DNA of 62,839 nucleotides, filler included, from Choristocarpus tenellus KU-1152 (taxonomy: Eukaryota; Protista; Phaeophyceae): assembly GCA_964200185.2 (NCBI GenBank). It is 11 parts of 11 records of this genome, joined end to end, with 100 filler letters (N's around TTAATTAATTAA, not from the genome) between each part and the next. Parts side by side here need not be neighbours in the genome. Positions count along the whole stretch, not along the records: positions 1 to 2,817 come from CAXNAD020024496.1; positions 2,918 to 9,791 come from CAXNAD020007169.1; positions 9,892 to 13,555 come from CAXNAD020018642.1; 8 more parts are not named here. One strand, 5' to 3'. A program made the translations under genes and the position numbers. The number at the start of each line of letters is the position of its first letter. Position 1 is the stretch's first letter. A model generated the notes under the pieces. It was not told the origin of the DNA and did not search any database. It worked only from the letters and a program-made list of their open reading frames with translations. Below, in pieces: positions 1 through 12,806 of the stretch.

Positions 1-939
1 GTCCTCATCATCCCCAAATACAGACGGAAGCAGAGTGTCCAGCTTGCCTGACCCGCCCTTGCACCCGCCTTCCTCCTCATCGACATCCCCCGAGCCCTCT
101 CCCCCCCCCCCAAAAAAAAAGGCTTCAGACAACAGTAGCAGGAGGTGTCTTTTTCATTTTCTAAACAACGCACGCTCTGCATAGAATATTATTGTTGTTT
201 GGCGATATCTCCACAAGTAGGGAGCCCCCTCACTGCGTTTGATTTTTTGTATGATATTTTATTGGAGGTTAAGGATGAACTAACCCTTCTTTTTTTTTTA
301 CAGGTGAGTTTCATTCGTTCGTTCGTTCCAAGCAGTAAGAAAAAAGAAAAAAGAAAAAAGAAAAATTGTAATTTTTGTATCAGGTAAGGGTGTTCAGAGG
401 GGGCTGCTAGGAGAAACAATTCTGAGAAGAAAAAAAAATGTAAAAAAATGTAAATAAATAGGAAAAAATATAAAAAATAAAACTGATCGCCCTTCACCTT
501 CTTCAATTACTAACACAACCGCTTATGCATTAGAAAAACGCCTGCATGAATATGACCCAGCTAATATGGAAACTTCTAAGACAAGACAACCAATAAGAAT
601 AGTCGCAGCCCTCGTAAATAAAACTTACTGCACACGAACCAACCTAACTGGTGTCTGGTGTCAATTTCCCTCACACTTGGGTTGTTGCCACAGTCAAGTA
701 CAACTATCGGCCCCCTGTTTGATTTCATTTTTTCAAATCTATTTGCACACCCACTCACGAAAATCTTCAAGGTCTTTGTGGTAACCAATACCATACATAT
801 AAATTCACGAGACTTTTGTTACATACCTTGGAAAAAAAAAAATGCACAATACTCCTTTGTCTGCAAACAAAGACCTCACCAAGCTCTACAAAAATAAATT
901 CTTATTTTTAAAGTTCCCTGCAACGTACACTGCCTTCCT

Positions 940-2340
940 ACCGACAGATAGACTCCACCAAATCACTTAGACAAAATTCCTCAGCCAAGAAGATACTCAC
1001 CAACAGTGGGAAGCAAATCTTGAGGCACCAATTCTTCGTTCCCCGTACTCCTGACCCTGACACCTGAGATGCCTCCAACATCCAATCCTCGTCTCCAGGT
1101 CCAGGGTCTTCGTCACCCACCTCATTGTAGCCCAGCCTGCTGGTCAACAAACCCTGAGAACCCCTTCTTCGTATCTGCTTCATCCAAAATCGACCAGAAG
1201 GGATGTTTATACTCGAGACAAGTTTCAACAGAGAGAGGTAGAATTACACTCTACTGGTGATAGGGTTCTTTCCGTCGGTACCAACCCATTATCACCGACG
1301 ACGCATCCTTGCTTGGAAGACAACGTGTGTTAAACGTTTTTGATTAACTGAACCTTAGGGTCTATCCATAAGTTTTGGGGGAACGATGAAGAGAAACTAC
1401 GACAGGGACTTACCCCCTGAGGGTAGGGATCTTCCGCAGTGATCGCACTTCCGACGTAAGACTCCTCTGGACTGACCTAAACGGAATGGGAGAGGGGCTT
1501 CATCAATTAGAGATGGATACTCGTGTTATGATATGATGCAGGTGTCTTCGGAAAGGAGCGAGATTGGTGAAGCATTGAGGAATGTCGTATTGTAAATGGG
1601 TCGAGAGTGGCCTAGTCCGCATTAACATTCGTTCGATTTCAAGAGCCCTTACCGATATGTGTTCCCTGCAACGGCTCATTAGATTCCACAAAACAGAACT
1701 TGTATGCACCCCCATTCTCTTTCAAGGACGTCCTTCTGATGCAATCATGACCCGACTGCCATGCATCCTAGAAATATTCTAGGGACAACTCAAAACAAGT
1801 TCCACAAAGAGTACCCTATTAATAGTCATATAACAAATGCAGTGCTGGCTTCCAGCGTCATCTACCCAATGGATCTAGCTAGCCGACTCCCCTCATCACA
1901 GTACTCCCCCCCTCTCCCAATTGACTGTCTGGAATTGCTTTTTGACCTGAAAAGAACTCAAGTTAAGACAATCACAAGTGCAACTAGGTTGCCATGATCA
2001 AAGCCCTTCCCGCCCAATTTACCCCACCACTAGATACAGATTGAAGCTATGAAAGGACGAGCTGATTTACAAAAGAGTTCGCTCCAAACAAACCCGTCTG
2101 TCCCGGGTGCACCACAACCTACCTGAACACTTCCAGTGGTTGTCGCAGTCGTGGTCCCAGTCGTTGCCACCTTCTCCTCGGACTTCATGGTGGTGTGAAA
2201 GTCTTCGCTGCAGATATCTGCTGCTGTGATTCAAGGGCCAACTAAAACGACAGTTCCACAGTCCTGACACAAGGTTGTAATCCCTTGACTCCTTTGTGTC
2301 CCTTCTATGATGGTGTTGATTATCTTCTTCGCACATCGGG
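940..2340 (-). pseudogene. Decayed coding-like sequence, product unknown
   Basis: Long protein-like frames broken by isolated stops and frameshifts; candidate intron (CAG|gtaggt at ~2122). No family recognised. Confidence 0.3.
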
Positions 2341-2817
2341 TGCCGATATATCGACGATGTATGGACAGACCAAAAGTTATGTTTAAAGATTTATGTGACG
2401 TCTGTCAAAATATTTGGTGCGTTTTAATTCGTTGTGTTTGGGGAATGTGTGTTGGGGAAGTCTATGACGTAATCTGAGTTTTGTACTGTGGGAATTCGTA
2501 CAAGGGAATATGTACCGTAAGGGGAGTGTTGGGAGGGGTAAAAAAAAAATTGGAAGGTAAACGAAAAGTTAAGGACTGGGTTTATACTAGACAGAGGTAG
2601 GAGAGAAGTTAAAAGAAAGAAATGGTAGTGGAGGGAGGGAGAAAAAATAATAACAGAACTGAAAGTAAAGCCAAGAGTGGTGGTGCAGGAGAAGCAGGGG
2701 CAAGATGTCGGCAACCTCCGAGCAATCTTTCCCACCCACCCACCCACCCTTTCGATTCCTCTTGATTGAGTGGGATGTTGGGGAAAGGGGGGGGGGAGGG
2801 GGGTCACGTTCGGGTGG

Positions 2818-2917
2818 NNNNNNNNNNNNNNNNNNNNNNNNNNNNNNNNNNNNNNNNNNNNTTAATTAATTAANNNNNNNNNNNNNNNNNNNNNNNNNNN
2901 NNNNNNNNNNNNNNNNN
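2818..2917. other. Artificial 100-bp contig spacer (N44-TTAATTAATTAA-N44); first of ten
   Basis: Identical spacer with a six-frame stop core also at 9792-9891, 13556-13655, 16352-16451, 20103-20202, 36601-36700, 40158-40257, 48651-48750, 54738-54837 and 58070-58169. A separate 10-N gap lies at 57252-57261. Confidence 0.97.
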
Positions 2918-3747
2918 CCAAAATCGCGACATGAAAAAATTGACCCCAAATGGACAGCCGCTACCCCCTCCCAGATACTTTGAGCCAAACGCTTGCCCCT
3001 ATAAAAATTTGGACTGTAAACATTGACAGGGAAAACTTGTGTGTTGTATTCTAGATGTAAACACTATCATTTTAAGACTAATGCTACTGTTGTCTTTTTG
3101 TGGAATACTTACCTTCCTATATCAAATGCGATCAACACTACTTCAAGCACACCTCACTTTCTGTAAGTCATGACTGAAGACCTGGTTACAACTTCTTCTG
3201 GAGAGACATGATCAAAACGATGTCAAGCAAAATATCAGAGGAATGTGCCATATAGACAATGTTAGTGTAGGCTCCAGGATGCAACATGCATTATTTCTGA
3301 TCCATTCTCATAGTCCCCTTTGCCAAGATTGACTTGAAAGGGTTCTGGTTCTAAGTCTTTGAGCGAGAATCAGACCAACTAAAAAGGAGCCTAGTAGCAA
3401 GTTAAGTATGACCAGGAACATGCTCTTTTTACACCAGACCTGTGAAATCACCACCATAAAAAGGGGTAGGTGCATTTCACCCCTCTCCATACCCTTCATC
3501 CTGGGAAAGGGTAGTAACAAAAGAAAGGCATGATCGTGTTACTACCCACTACATATTTTTAACATGCAAAAAAGAAGGAGCTACTAATTATTCAAGAGCT
3601 TCAGAGGTACCTTCTTACCGAGAACCAACACCCCTGCCCATACTGTGGTGAAACACTGCACTGTTACTCCACTAGACTACAATGTGTAGAATCATGTCCC
3701 ACAACATCCCACGTTCAGCATAGCTAAGCAGCCCACAGTGTCTCATT

Positions 3748-6700
3748 TTATCTCTGTTGCGGCGGTCGTCCCTGTCCCTGGCTTGGCCCACGTGGGACAT
3801 TGTTGTTTGGTGCCAACCATGCATTCATCTGCTGCTGCTGCTGCTGCTGCTGGGATAACATGAAGGATTGCCTAGCAGGATCAAACTGACCCACCCCTGA
3901 CTGGAGCGGTGGGGACTGCATTGGAAATGGTGTCAATCCTGGTTGTGGTGATCCCAGGCTCCCTCCACCTGTAAGTGGACGGGGCTGCTGCTGCGGCCTA
4001 GGCATCATCATTTGCTGTGGACTCGTCTGCTGTGTTACTTGCCCCTGTCGCTGCTGTTGGGATGTCTGAGGGCCAAGTTGCGCAGTTCCCATGAAGCCTT
4101 GCATTTGCCCTTGTGGTCCTAAATTTGCAAATATGAGCTGTGGCGATTGAGATTGCTGCTGTTGTAGACCAAACACCTGTTGCTGTGGCCTTGGTTGATG
4201 CTGCTGTTGCTGTGGCTGCTGGGAGCGGAGCATCTGTGTGCCCACTTGCTGCTGCCCCCATTGTGTCTGAAGCCTCGGAGGTTGCCCCGCCTGGACGATG
4301 AATAGAGAATAGGTTAGGTTAAAAATCATGCCATGGTTGAAGGCGATAGTGAAGAGGAGGCAGAACACAAAATAACCAAAGACCTAGTAAATCTAAACCA
4401 CATTAAAATGCAACCGAGCCTGATGCTTCCTTCTGTCACATGCAATAATACAATTCAAACAGAATAAACCTTTTTGTGACACTTAGCAAACACTCCATTA
4501 CACAATACAGACAAAAAAGCAAGCACATGACCTCACTCACCCCCATCGATCCGCCAGGCTGCATCTTGGATTGCTGCGGCTGTAGAAGTTGACTGGTCCC
4601 CTGACCTGCCTGCAGCTGTTGTTGCTGTGGCCTCATGACTTGTGGACCTCGATTCTGCGTCACAAACTGAGTCATCCCTGGTTGTGGCGGCTGCCCTCCT
4701 GGTCCCCCTAGAACCAAAGGATGTGGGGTTCCCTGCATCTGCAGGGGCTGATTTGGTACACCCTGTGGCTGCCATGTAGGTCTCGGACTGGCCGGCCCTT
4801 GCACACCACCTGCTGCCCCTCCAACCCCAATCACAGGGCCTCTCTGGGGTACTGTTGTGCCCTGCAAACCCTTCATGGGAAAGCTTTGTACCTGCTGGGG
4901 TGCAGCTGTGCCCCCAAGTGCCTGCATTCCAATGGACATGGTACCCCTTGCCTGCTGTTTGGGCAGTGAAACTGAACCCGTGGCAATGGTGCGGTTCACG
5001 TTTGGCACTCCCAAACCTAAAGAAGCTGATCCTGAGGGCCTTGGTTGGGACCTAATTGCCCCTCCAACTGCTGCTGCACCAGACGGAACTGGAGTACGCG
5101 CTGGTAACAACCTTGCACCGCCAACTGGTGCCGCCCCAACTGGTACTGGGGTTCGGGCAGGACTAGGGCCACTTTGCTGCGACTGAGCGCCTGCACCCAG
5201 CAGAGCTGCCCCTGTCAGCACCGAGGTTTGTGCAGGACCACCACGAGGACTCGGCCTTGGCTGCATGGATGTACTGAAGGCTGACTGTTGGTTCGGTTGC
5301 AGCTGTTGAGGCTGGAGGAGCTGTGTGCCAGGCATTTGCACTGGGACCGTGATGGGACGGGTTGGCATTGTCGGCATGGGTGGCATGGCTGTGAGCATTG
5401 TGCTCCCACGTGCAGAGGACATCACCTGGTCAGACGAACGCTGTAAGGTTGAAACGGGTTGCTCCAACCCACCAGCCGGCACTGTCTTAACACCCCCTCC
5501 AGGAGCCGGAACAAGGGTACCCATGGATTTATGACGTGGCGAATTGGTGTTCTTCTCCATGTCAAATTTAGCAACAGAGTCTGGGTCCAGCGCTGATATC
5601 ATGGCTGGGGTTGAGCTCGGTCGGGCAAGAGTTCGATCCAGCCCAGTCCCTTGGGATGCAACAGAGAGTGGCCTTGATCCTGACCCAAGACCCCCACTGG
5701 ACAAGACAATGGTGGGCGTCATGAGCCTGGGCTGCTGCTGTTGAAGAGCATTCGGCTGTTGTTGTCGTGCAGGGATTAGCGTTGGTGTGAATGCTTCCTT
5801 GTCAAAGATGGGGTTTTGTGCTGCCTTTGCCTTGGTTTTCTTTTCAACCGTTGTGGTGCTGCCCCCATTGGTGCTGCCCTTCGTTTCCACTGCCACAGGG
5901 CTTCCCAGAGGGGGGGATAAGGTAGATTCAGACTGCGACACAAGCACGTCGATGGCCTTGTGTACATCTCCGCTACATACCTCCAGTGCCATCTTGGCCT
6001 GGTCTTCACTGAAGCCCATCTCCACTATCTGGGCAACCCCTGGTGCAGATGCTGCAGGAGAGGCAGCAGAAGAATCTGTCAAGCTGCGACCACGTTCTTC
6101 CCTCAAGGCACCTCCAGCATCATCCAGGGGCTTGTGCACACTGGGTGGTTGGGATACCAAGTTCTGCGATTTCATGGTCCCACTCAACATACCAAGAGGC
6201 TTGGAAGTCGACCCGGATGCACCAGATCCCCCTCCTGGAGTTGGCATCGGTGGCATCCCTCGCGGTGGAGGAGGCCTTGACATACCAGGGAGAGGAGCGG
6301 CCGCAGATGGTGGTGGTGGACGACCAGGCAGCGAGTTCAACCCTGTTGGGTGCGCAGGGGGAGGGACTGCCTTCAAGCCCGTGGAGGGAGCAAGTGAGGT
6401 GTAAATTGGGCTGGTCATTTTGGCGGCCTCAAGAAGGTCCTCTGAGATGGGTGCAGGGAGGGATGGGGTAGGTACCACATCCTCCCCACCGGCGATAAAG
6501 GCTCCCAACGCAGATGTGAAAGCATTGAGGCTCTTAACTCTGTTCTCCTCCTCTACTCGTTCCGCCTCCGCCTCCTGATATTCCGTTGAAGGGCCCACAA
6601 AGGTTTAGAGAGGGTGGTCAAGGGGGAGGAATATGGGAAGGAAGGGTAGAGTATATATCAGAGGGGGTAACAAATGGTGGAGAGGGGATGGAAGGCATCA

Positions 6701-8925
6701 GGTCAACAGATAGGCGGAAACCCACCAATACAACGTGCAGCACGTTTGCCTCATACACAACAAGACCTCTGCAACATCCATTCGAGGAAAGAGAAACGAC
6801 CACAATGTCCACACTACAAAAACACAAAAAAATACACTGAAAAAAATAAATATATATATATATATATATACATACACATATACATGCAATCCTTTTGGTG
6901 AGCTATGATAGCTCCCCTAGCAGGTACTATAACGAACAGACCCCTTTCATCTCAAACACGAAGCTCTGACTCCACCTCTCCCACCGTCTCATCCTAAGAG
7001 CCAGTCCCAGCATGCCCAAAATCGGACCTACATCCATCTCCCCCCACTCACCTCTGATAACCCCTTATCCTTAGTCTTCAACCCTAGCCGTGCACTCAAC
7101 GAGGATCTGGACCCCAGCTTCTGCAGTGCCTCCTTCTTTCGGGCTGCCCCTGCCTTACTCTCCTCCGATGCCTCCTTCGCTGCGGCCTCTGCCTTCCTAT
7201 CCCCGTAGACATCCCCTTTCCACAGTCCCGCTCTGTCCGCTAGGATGGCCTGCCGGTTAGTGTCATCCTTAGGGGGATGGAAGATGCGAACCTCCCCAGA
7301 CGCAGAGGCTACACGACTAGGTAGTACTGCCTCTGCCACGGAGAAGGCATCATAGTGGAGGCAGAACGATCGGTGGGCCTGTGTGACAGGGTTAGGGTAA
7401 CAGGGTTAGGGTTACAGGGGTGGGCAGGGGGGAAAGGGTGGAGGAAAGGGGAATTTGAGTCGATGGTCGTGGCCGTATCAATAGTTGAGCTAAGACTACA
7501 TGCATTTCTTTGCACAACAGTGACAACAGTAACAAAACAAGATAATACATGTGGAGAAGAGGACTCATTTGTAACTGATGTCATACCTACTCCCTTCCCT
7601 TCCCTTCCCTTCCCTTCCCTTCCCTTCCCTTCCCTTCCCTTCCCTTCCCTTCCCTTCCCTTCCCTTCCCTTTCTTCCCCTTTACCTTCCTTAAATGAGAC
7701 AAGAAAAATAAAGGTATTTTTTTTCCATCGGAACGGTTTCACGCATTAATGAAAAGATTTTTTTTGTTCTAGTGAAGAGATCGCGCAGGTTCAAGACGTG
7801 TCTGCTTAAGGGTGCGTGCACCAATTGACCCTGCCTACCCGGCCAACCAACATCGATTCTTTTGTGTGTGTGTGTACCTAACATCACACACACACACACA
7901 CACAATTAAAATATAGTTCTCTACCCCACTTAGTCTACTCAAACTAACACCAACAAAAAAAAGCAAACCTCGCAAGAGTTCAAAACCCCTGCCCTGCTGG
8001 GGCAATAAAATCTACAGTCCCAATACAGTATTCCCAAAGGGTGCAACCATATCTGCAGTTGGGTTGTACTCAGCATGTATATACCAATATTCAACAATTG
8101 ATAATTTTATTTTATTTTGTTTAATCACTAAAAAAGCATTGTGTTACTAAATACTACTTATTCTCTTGACTGCCCTTTGCCCACTGGTTTGGGAAACCCT
8201 CCCACAGAGTACAACATTAATAATACTAATAATAATTGAAATACATAGTGCAAGGCGAGGGACTCTTACTGAACCTGTAGGAGGCCGTTTGTGTGTGCTC
8301 CGTAAGCATACCAACGCCTTCCAAAATAAATGTATTATCCCACTTACTCAATATTGCACAGAAACTCAAACTGGCAAGTAGGAGGACAAGACAAGACAGG
8401 ACAGGACAAGACAAGATACACACATATACCAAGTGGTTAAAAAAAAAGACTTCTCACAACCATGGACTTCAGCAAAAAAAACCCCACTCAACAACGCAAT
8501 GGTACTACTCTAATACTTTCCTCTACAGGTACTACTCTGGTACCGCCAGTGGTACTCCCAACCCTTATTCAACCATCCCACTCAACAGTCAATCATGGTT
8601 TCTATACATTGCAGACAAAAAACACACATATGATAATGGGGTATCAACTAATGGCGTATCAAATAACAGCGTATCAAATAATGAGGTATCAACTATCATT
8701 TTAACATTTTGGAAAAACCTCAACAAACTACTACGTATGATCTTTAAAAATGTGCCCAAACTGACCCTCTCCATCTCAACTTCGTTCCTTCCAACCACCC
8801 AACCAGTAACCACAAGTAATTCCTCGCAGAAATTTCCCTGCGACTCTCTTGACTTGACTCCCAATTCAAACTGAAGATGTGAAGGCTTGGTAGTGGATAA
8901 CACGCATCTTGCTCATGTACACACC

Positions 8926-8964
<39 letters not shown>

Positions 8965-9566
8965 GCCAAGCACATATCTCAAAAATATTGTGTTTCTTGC
9001 CGATAGGTAGGTATTAAGGGGGTGTTATTAGGTATGTTATAAGGGGGTATTATTAGGTATGTTATAAGGGGGTATTATTAGGTAGGTATTAAGGGGGTGT
9101 TATTAGGTATGTTATCTTTTAAATCAGTTATTGCTGAACATATGGGAATTTTTAATACATTCATTGACTAATGCTGAACTTTTGAAAGCAAATGAATCTA
9201 TATTAGTAACATGATGCCCATACACATCTATAATTTTTTGTAAACCGCTTTTTTATCTTTTCAAGTTCAGTTACATGATTTTGAGCAAAATAATCAAAGC
9301 GATATATATATACATATGTATATTTAAAATTTCATCACGAAAAATTCAAGCACTATATCCCTGAATCCACAAAAGACATATTGTACATAGATTTTGCCCC
9401 AAAAATATGTGGAAAAAAAAGCTAAACATAAAAAAAGCAATGCCCAAGAGAGGAAAGGGGGTGAGAGGGAGCATGAACAGAAAGAGATACCTCATAAAGG
9501 AATGCCTCCGTAGCCTTGGCCTTGGCTGACTCCACATTGGCGTTGATCGACTCCCCTGAACCCGCC
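3748..9566 (-). CDS. Pro/Gln/Gly-rich UBA-domain protein, 5' partial; possible adaptor with a helical (BAR-like?) N-terminal part
   Basis: GT-AG exons 9566-9491, 7378-7052, 6574-4541 and 4290-3748(TAA) splice in frame. UBA motif VAQIVEMGFSEDQAKMALEVCSGDVHKAIDVLVS at ~6037-5936. The rest is low-complexity P/Q/G. Upstream exons are lost at the 9792 spacer. Confidence 0.85.
7591..7670 (+). repeat. (CCCTT)n microsatellite, intronic
   Basis: About 16 tandem TCCCT units. Confidence 0.95.
8927..9115 (+). repeat. (CA)n microsatellite followed by a short GGGGGTRTTATTAGGTATGTTATAA tandem array
   Basis: CA run at 8927-8962; about four 21-25 bp degenerate units at ~9007-9115. Confidence 0.85.
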
Positions 9567-10039
9567 CTGCAAATAAAGCAACCAACCAATGAAGGACAAG
9601 GAGGAAATTGGGCAGGGGTGAGGGGGGAATGAAACCTTGCCAGAGTATCACCAGAACACAGAACACTGAACCGGTGAAAATAAAAGCCAATTATCCTCAC
9701 TGGGCACAACTGCTTTTTTATTTTTATTTCTAAGTGGGGGGGGGGGGGGGGTTTCGAGAAGGGGCCCCCTCCCGGGTCGCGGACTTCCTGTNNNNNNNNN
9801 NNNNNNNNNNNNNNNNNNNNNNNNNNNNNNNNNNNTTAATTAATTAANNNNNNNNNNNNNNNNNNNNNNNNNNNNNNNNNNNNNNNNNNNNAACGCGGAA
9901 TTGCCCTCCAGGGTGTTAGGGGCACATACACAGTCACAGAGGCCCCTTACACTCAACTGCACCCCCCCCTCCTTGAGGATAATATGGATCTGAGTGTTGT
10001 TGAGGACAACATAATTCAATTTTAACCAAGCATTCTATG

Positions 10040-10250
10040 ACAGAGCCAGTGTTGCATGGTATGCTGTTCCAAGTTGTGAAAAATCGATACCGGAAGGTAT
10101 GCTTTCTGCGATCCAAGTGCATTTTGCCTTACACATGGAGCAGGTGTACAGTACGACATGTCTACTCTGTATAAGTTGTACCCTGGAGGCTAAACATTGG
10201 CTAAATGTTTTGCAGACGTTACGCAAGATTCCAATAAGCCCTTTGAACTT
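10040..10250 (-). mobile_element. Degenerate non-LTR (CR1/L2-like) ORF2 3' fragment
   Basis: Translation HLDRRKHTFRYRFFTTWNSIP resembles the CR1/L2 ORF2 terminal motif R..FF..R....WN.LP. Confidence 0.5.
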
Positions 10251-10770
10251 CACTCTATATTTATTTTTATGAATTGGTCCTATGTATTGTTGTCCTGGTA
10301 AGAATTGCTTTTTCAGAGGTGCACGGCAGTGTTAATTTATGTATTATATAATAAATGTTTGGAACTATTTTCCATTCTATGCTCTTTGATGGTGAAATCT
10401 GACATGGCTAAACAAACTTGGTAATATTGTGCCAGTTGTTTGATCCATGTATCATTTGTGACTCTCTTTACACACTGACAGATAAAAGCAAAAAACATAC
10501 CCTGCTGGTGAAGGCAGGGAGAGTGACCCCATACACCAAATTCTTTGACCATCATGTAATGGACAAGCAGTCAGGTGCTATTTGGAACCCTCCTACTGTG
10601 AGCAAGGATCTACAGCAAACCATTCAATGTAAAATGTTAATGTGGCAAAATTAAATGCAGTCTGTATGTAAGAGGCAAAGTTAAAGCCACACCTCATCTA
10701 CACAAGACAATGTCATGCTGCCGAGCAAGGGTTTCTCACTGGCTGGTGGAAGACCACACAACAAATCAAA

Positions 10771-12806
10771 TCAACGCATAGCTCTCCGCGTGTACTGCGA
10801 CACCCACTGCAAGACATCGACATCCCCTTCACTTTGATCTTCTTTGGCCAAATTCTCGTCCTCAGACTCCTCCAGGCATGCAAAGTACACCAGGCTATGG
10901 CATAGCACAGATCCCCACTCTAGTAAGCCCTTGATGTTGTCTGGATCGAGCCTCACAGTTCCAGCAGCACTCACCACTTCCACCACAAATCCTGTGTGTG
11001 AAGTTGGCATCACACGATATTGAACCGATGCTCCATTCATATTCATTAGGCGCTGGAACCCTCCTGTATGGTGGTTCAGAGCCGAAAATTGGAGGATCAT
11101 GCGCTGAACTTAGGAGTTGACCCAGAAATAGTGGGACTGCTGCAAATTAGTCTGAACTATCTTTCAACTCAATGTATGAAAAGATAGGACTAAGCATAGA
11201 AAATTGAGTCCGTCCGCTTTGTGGCTTTTCCTCTGTGTTGAAATGTTCAGTTCATAAGAGCCTATCAATTTCATAAATATCCCTAAACTAGGACAATATG
11301 AAAACCTAAAAAGGGTTTGAAATACCAAAGAATAGCATAGAACTACACATCCTTGGCACAATAGAATCTTCAAGCACCACCTACATAACATCTCTCCTAA
11401 ACAAGTGCTTCACCTCTACCAGAGAACACATCCTACAGCGCCAACATTGAGATGCAGCCAACTGGTCATACAGAATTCTACTGCTAATACATATTGTTAT
11501 ATCAATTCCTGTTGTGTGAAAAGTATCTTAACAGTATGCTTTTCTCACCGTATGATTCCTCTTCTGAGCCAGCTTTGGACACACCCCCTGCCCAGATGAC
11601 ATTGTGAGCAATCAAGATTCGACGTCTTCCACTCAAGATAGGTTGGTCATTCTCCCCAAGAAAGCTCATCACCGTGCACTGACATTGCCGAACAGGGCTC
11701 AAGCCCGAAGCGATGCGAGTTAAGGCTACTCCTTTGGCATCATCCAGCAGTCGTTGGGTTGACAACCCTTCCAGAGAAGTAGTATGCTTCCTGAAGTTCA
11801 GTGAGGACAGGATTAAGTAGGACTACCATGGAAACATAGATGTAGAAGTAGTAGCTATTTTTGCTGTACGAACAGAGAACAGAACATCAGAGAAGCCCAT
11901 CCTGCAGTACCATCGTTAGTATATATCGATATGATCTTAAAGAGATGGAGCAATTTCCTAGACACTGAACAGAACCGGTGAGAAAATAGTGCTGTAAACT
12001 CGGCCACTTCTGAGGGATTACCTCCTATATATGTGCACTTCATAAGGTACGTTCACGCTCTCTGCATATTCACTTTGAGATGAGAAATCCACAATGATCA
12101 CGTGGCGTCCACGACTTTTTGAATCAGTGTGGAGACTTTGAATTAAGCACTCCAGAACACATCCAAAGATTGGAAGTCTCACATTCGCACCATCTACAGC
12201 TGCAAAGATAAGAACGTAGGAAGTAGCTTTCACATACCTGTGCAAATCGGTCAATATCTCGTGGTCTGCTGAAAGCACTCCACCATGCCCGTTGGTTAGT
12301 TCTTCGTTGGCATCACATAACTCATGGTCAATCGCCTTCACAGGTGGTTCATTTCGGACGATACCCGTGACATTTTGTCTGCTTATTTGTTCATCTTCAG
12401 AAGTAGAATACTCGGTTCGCATATCGCTAACATCAGTTTCCTCACTTGTGGAGACTGCACACACGGCATCATCTTTGTTCCATGTCCTCGACACCACCAG
12501 AGGGGATACGGGTACGACTATCGCATTCACATCGCCCTTGTCGATACCATTTCCTCTACCAAGCCTTCGCTTTGTCAAGCTCTTCCTGTTCAACGTAGCC
12601 ATACCGATATCGTCACCCCGTCGAAAAGATGACCACCGTCTACCCATTGACCACCTCCTGCCTTTCTGTGACATCTTTTCTTGCGACCCATCACTATCGC
12701 AGGCCCACATACTACAAGCCCGTACAGGGGAGAGGGAGGACACCAGGTTCCCCTCAAGGGCACGGTCATCATCCTGAACAGCACCCATACCTAACTTGGG
12801 CGACAT
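10771..12806 (-). CDS. Three-exon hypothetical protein with weak glucose-6-phosphate-dehydrogenase-like motifs
   Basis: Exons 12806-12022 and 11790-~11585 splice in frame (YRR|KHTTSLEG). The last exon ~11140/11103-10771 has an ambiguous acceptor. Motifs VLIFAAVDGANVRLPIF, NVIWAG(V)PLFL, MILQFS and VQYRVMP echo G6PD, but there is no RIDHYLGK. Confidence 0.5.

Noticed and set aside
4533-6471. Multiple overlapping and antisense ORFs within the UBA gene
   Set aside because: These are shadow ORFs of a GC-rich, low-complexity exon.
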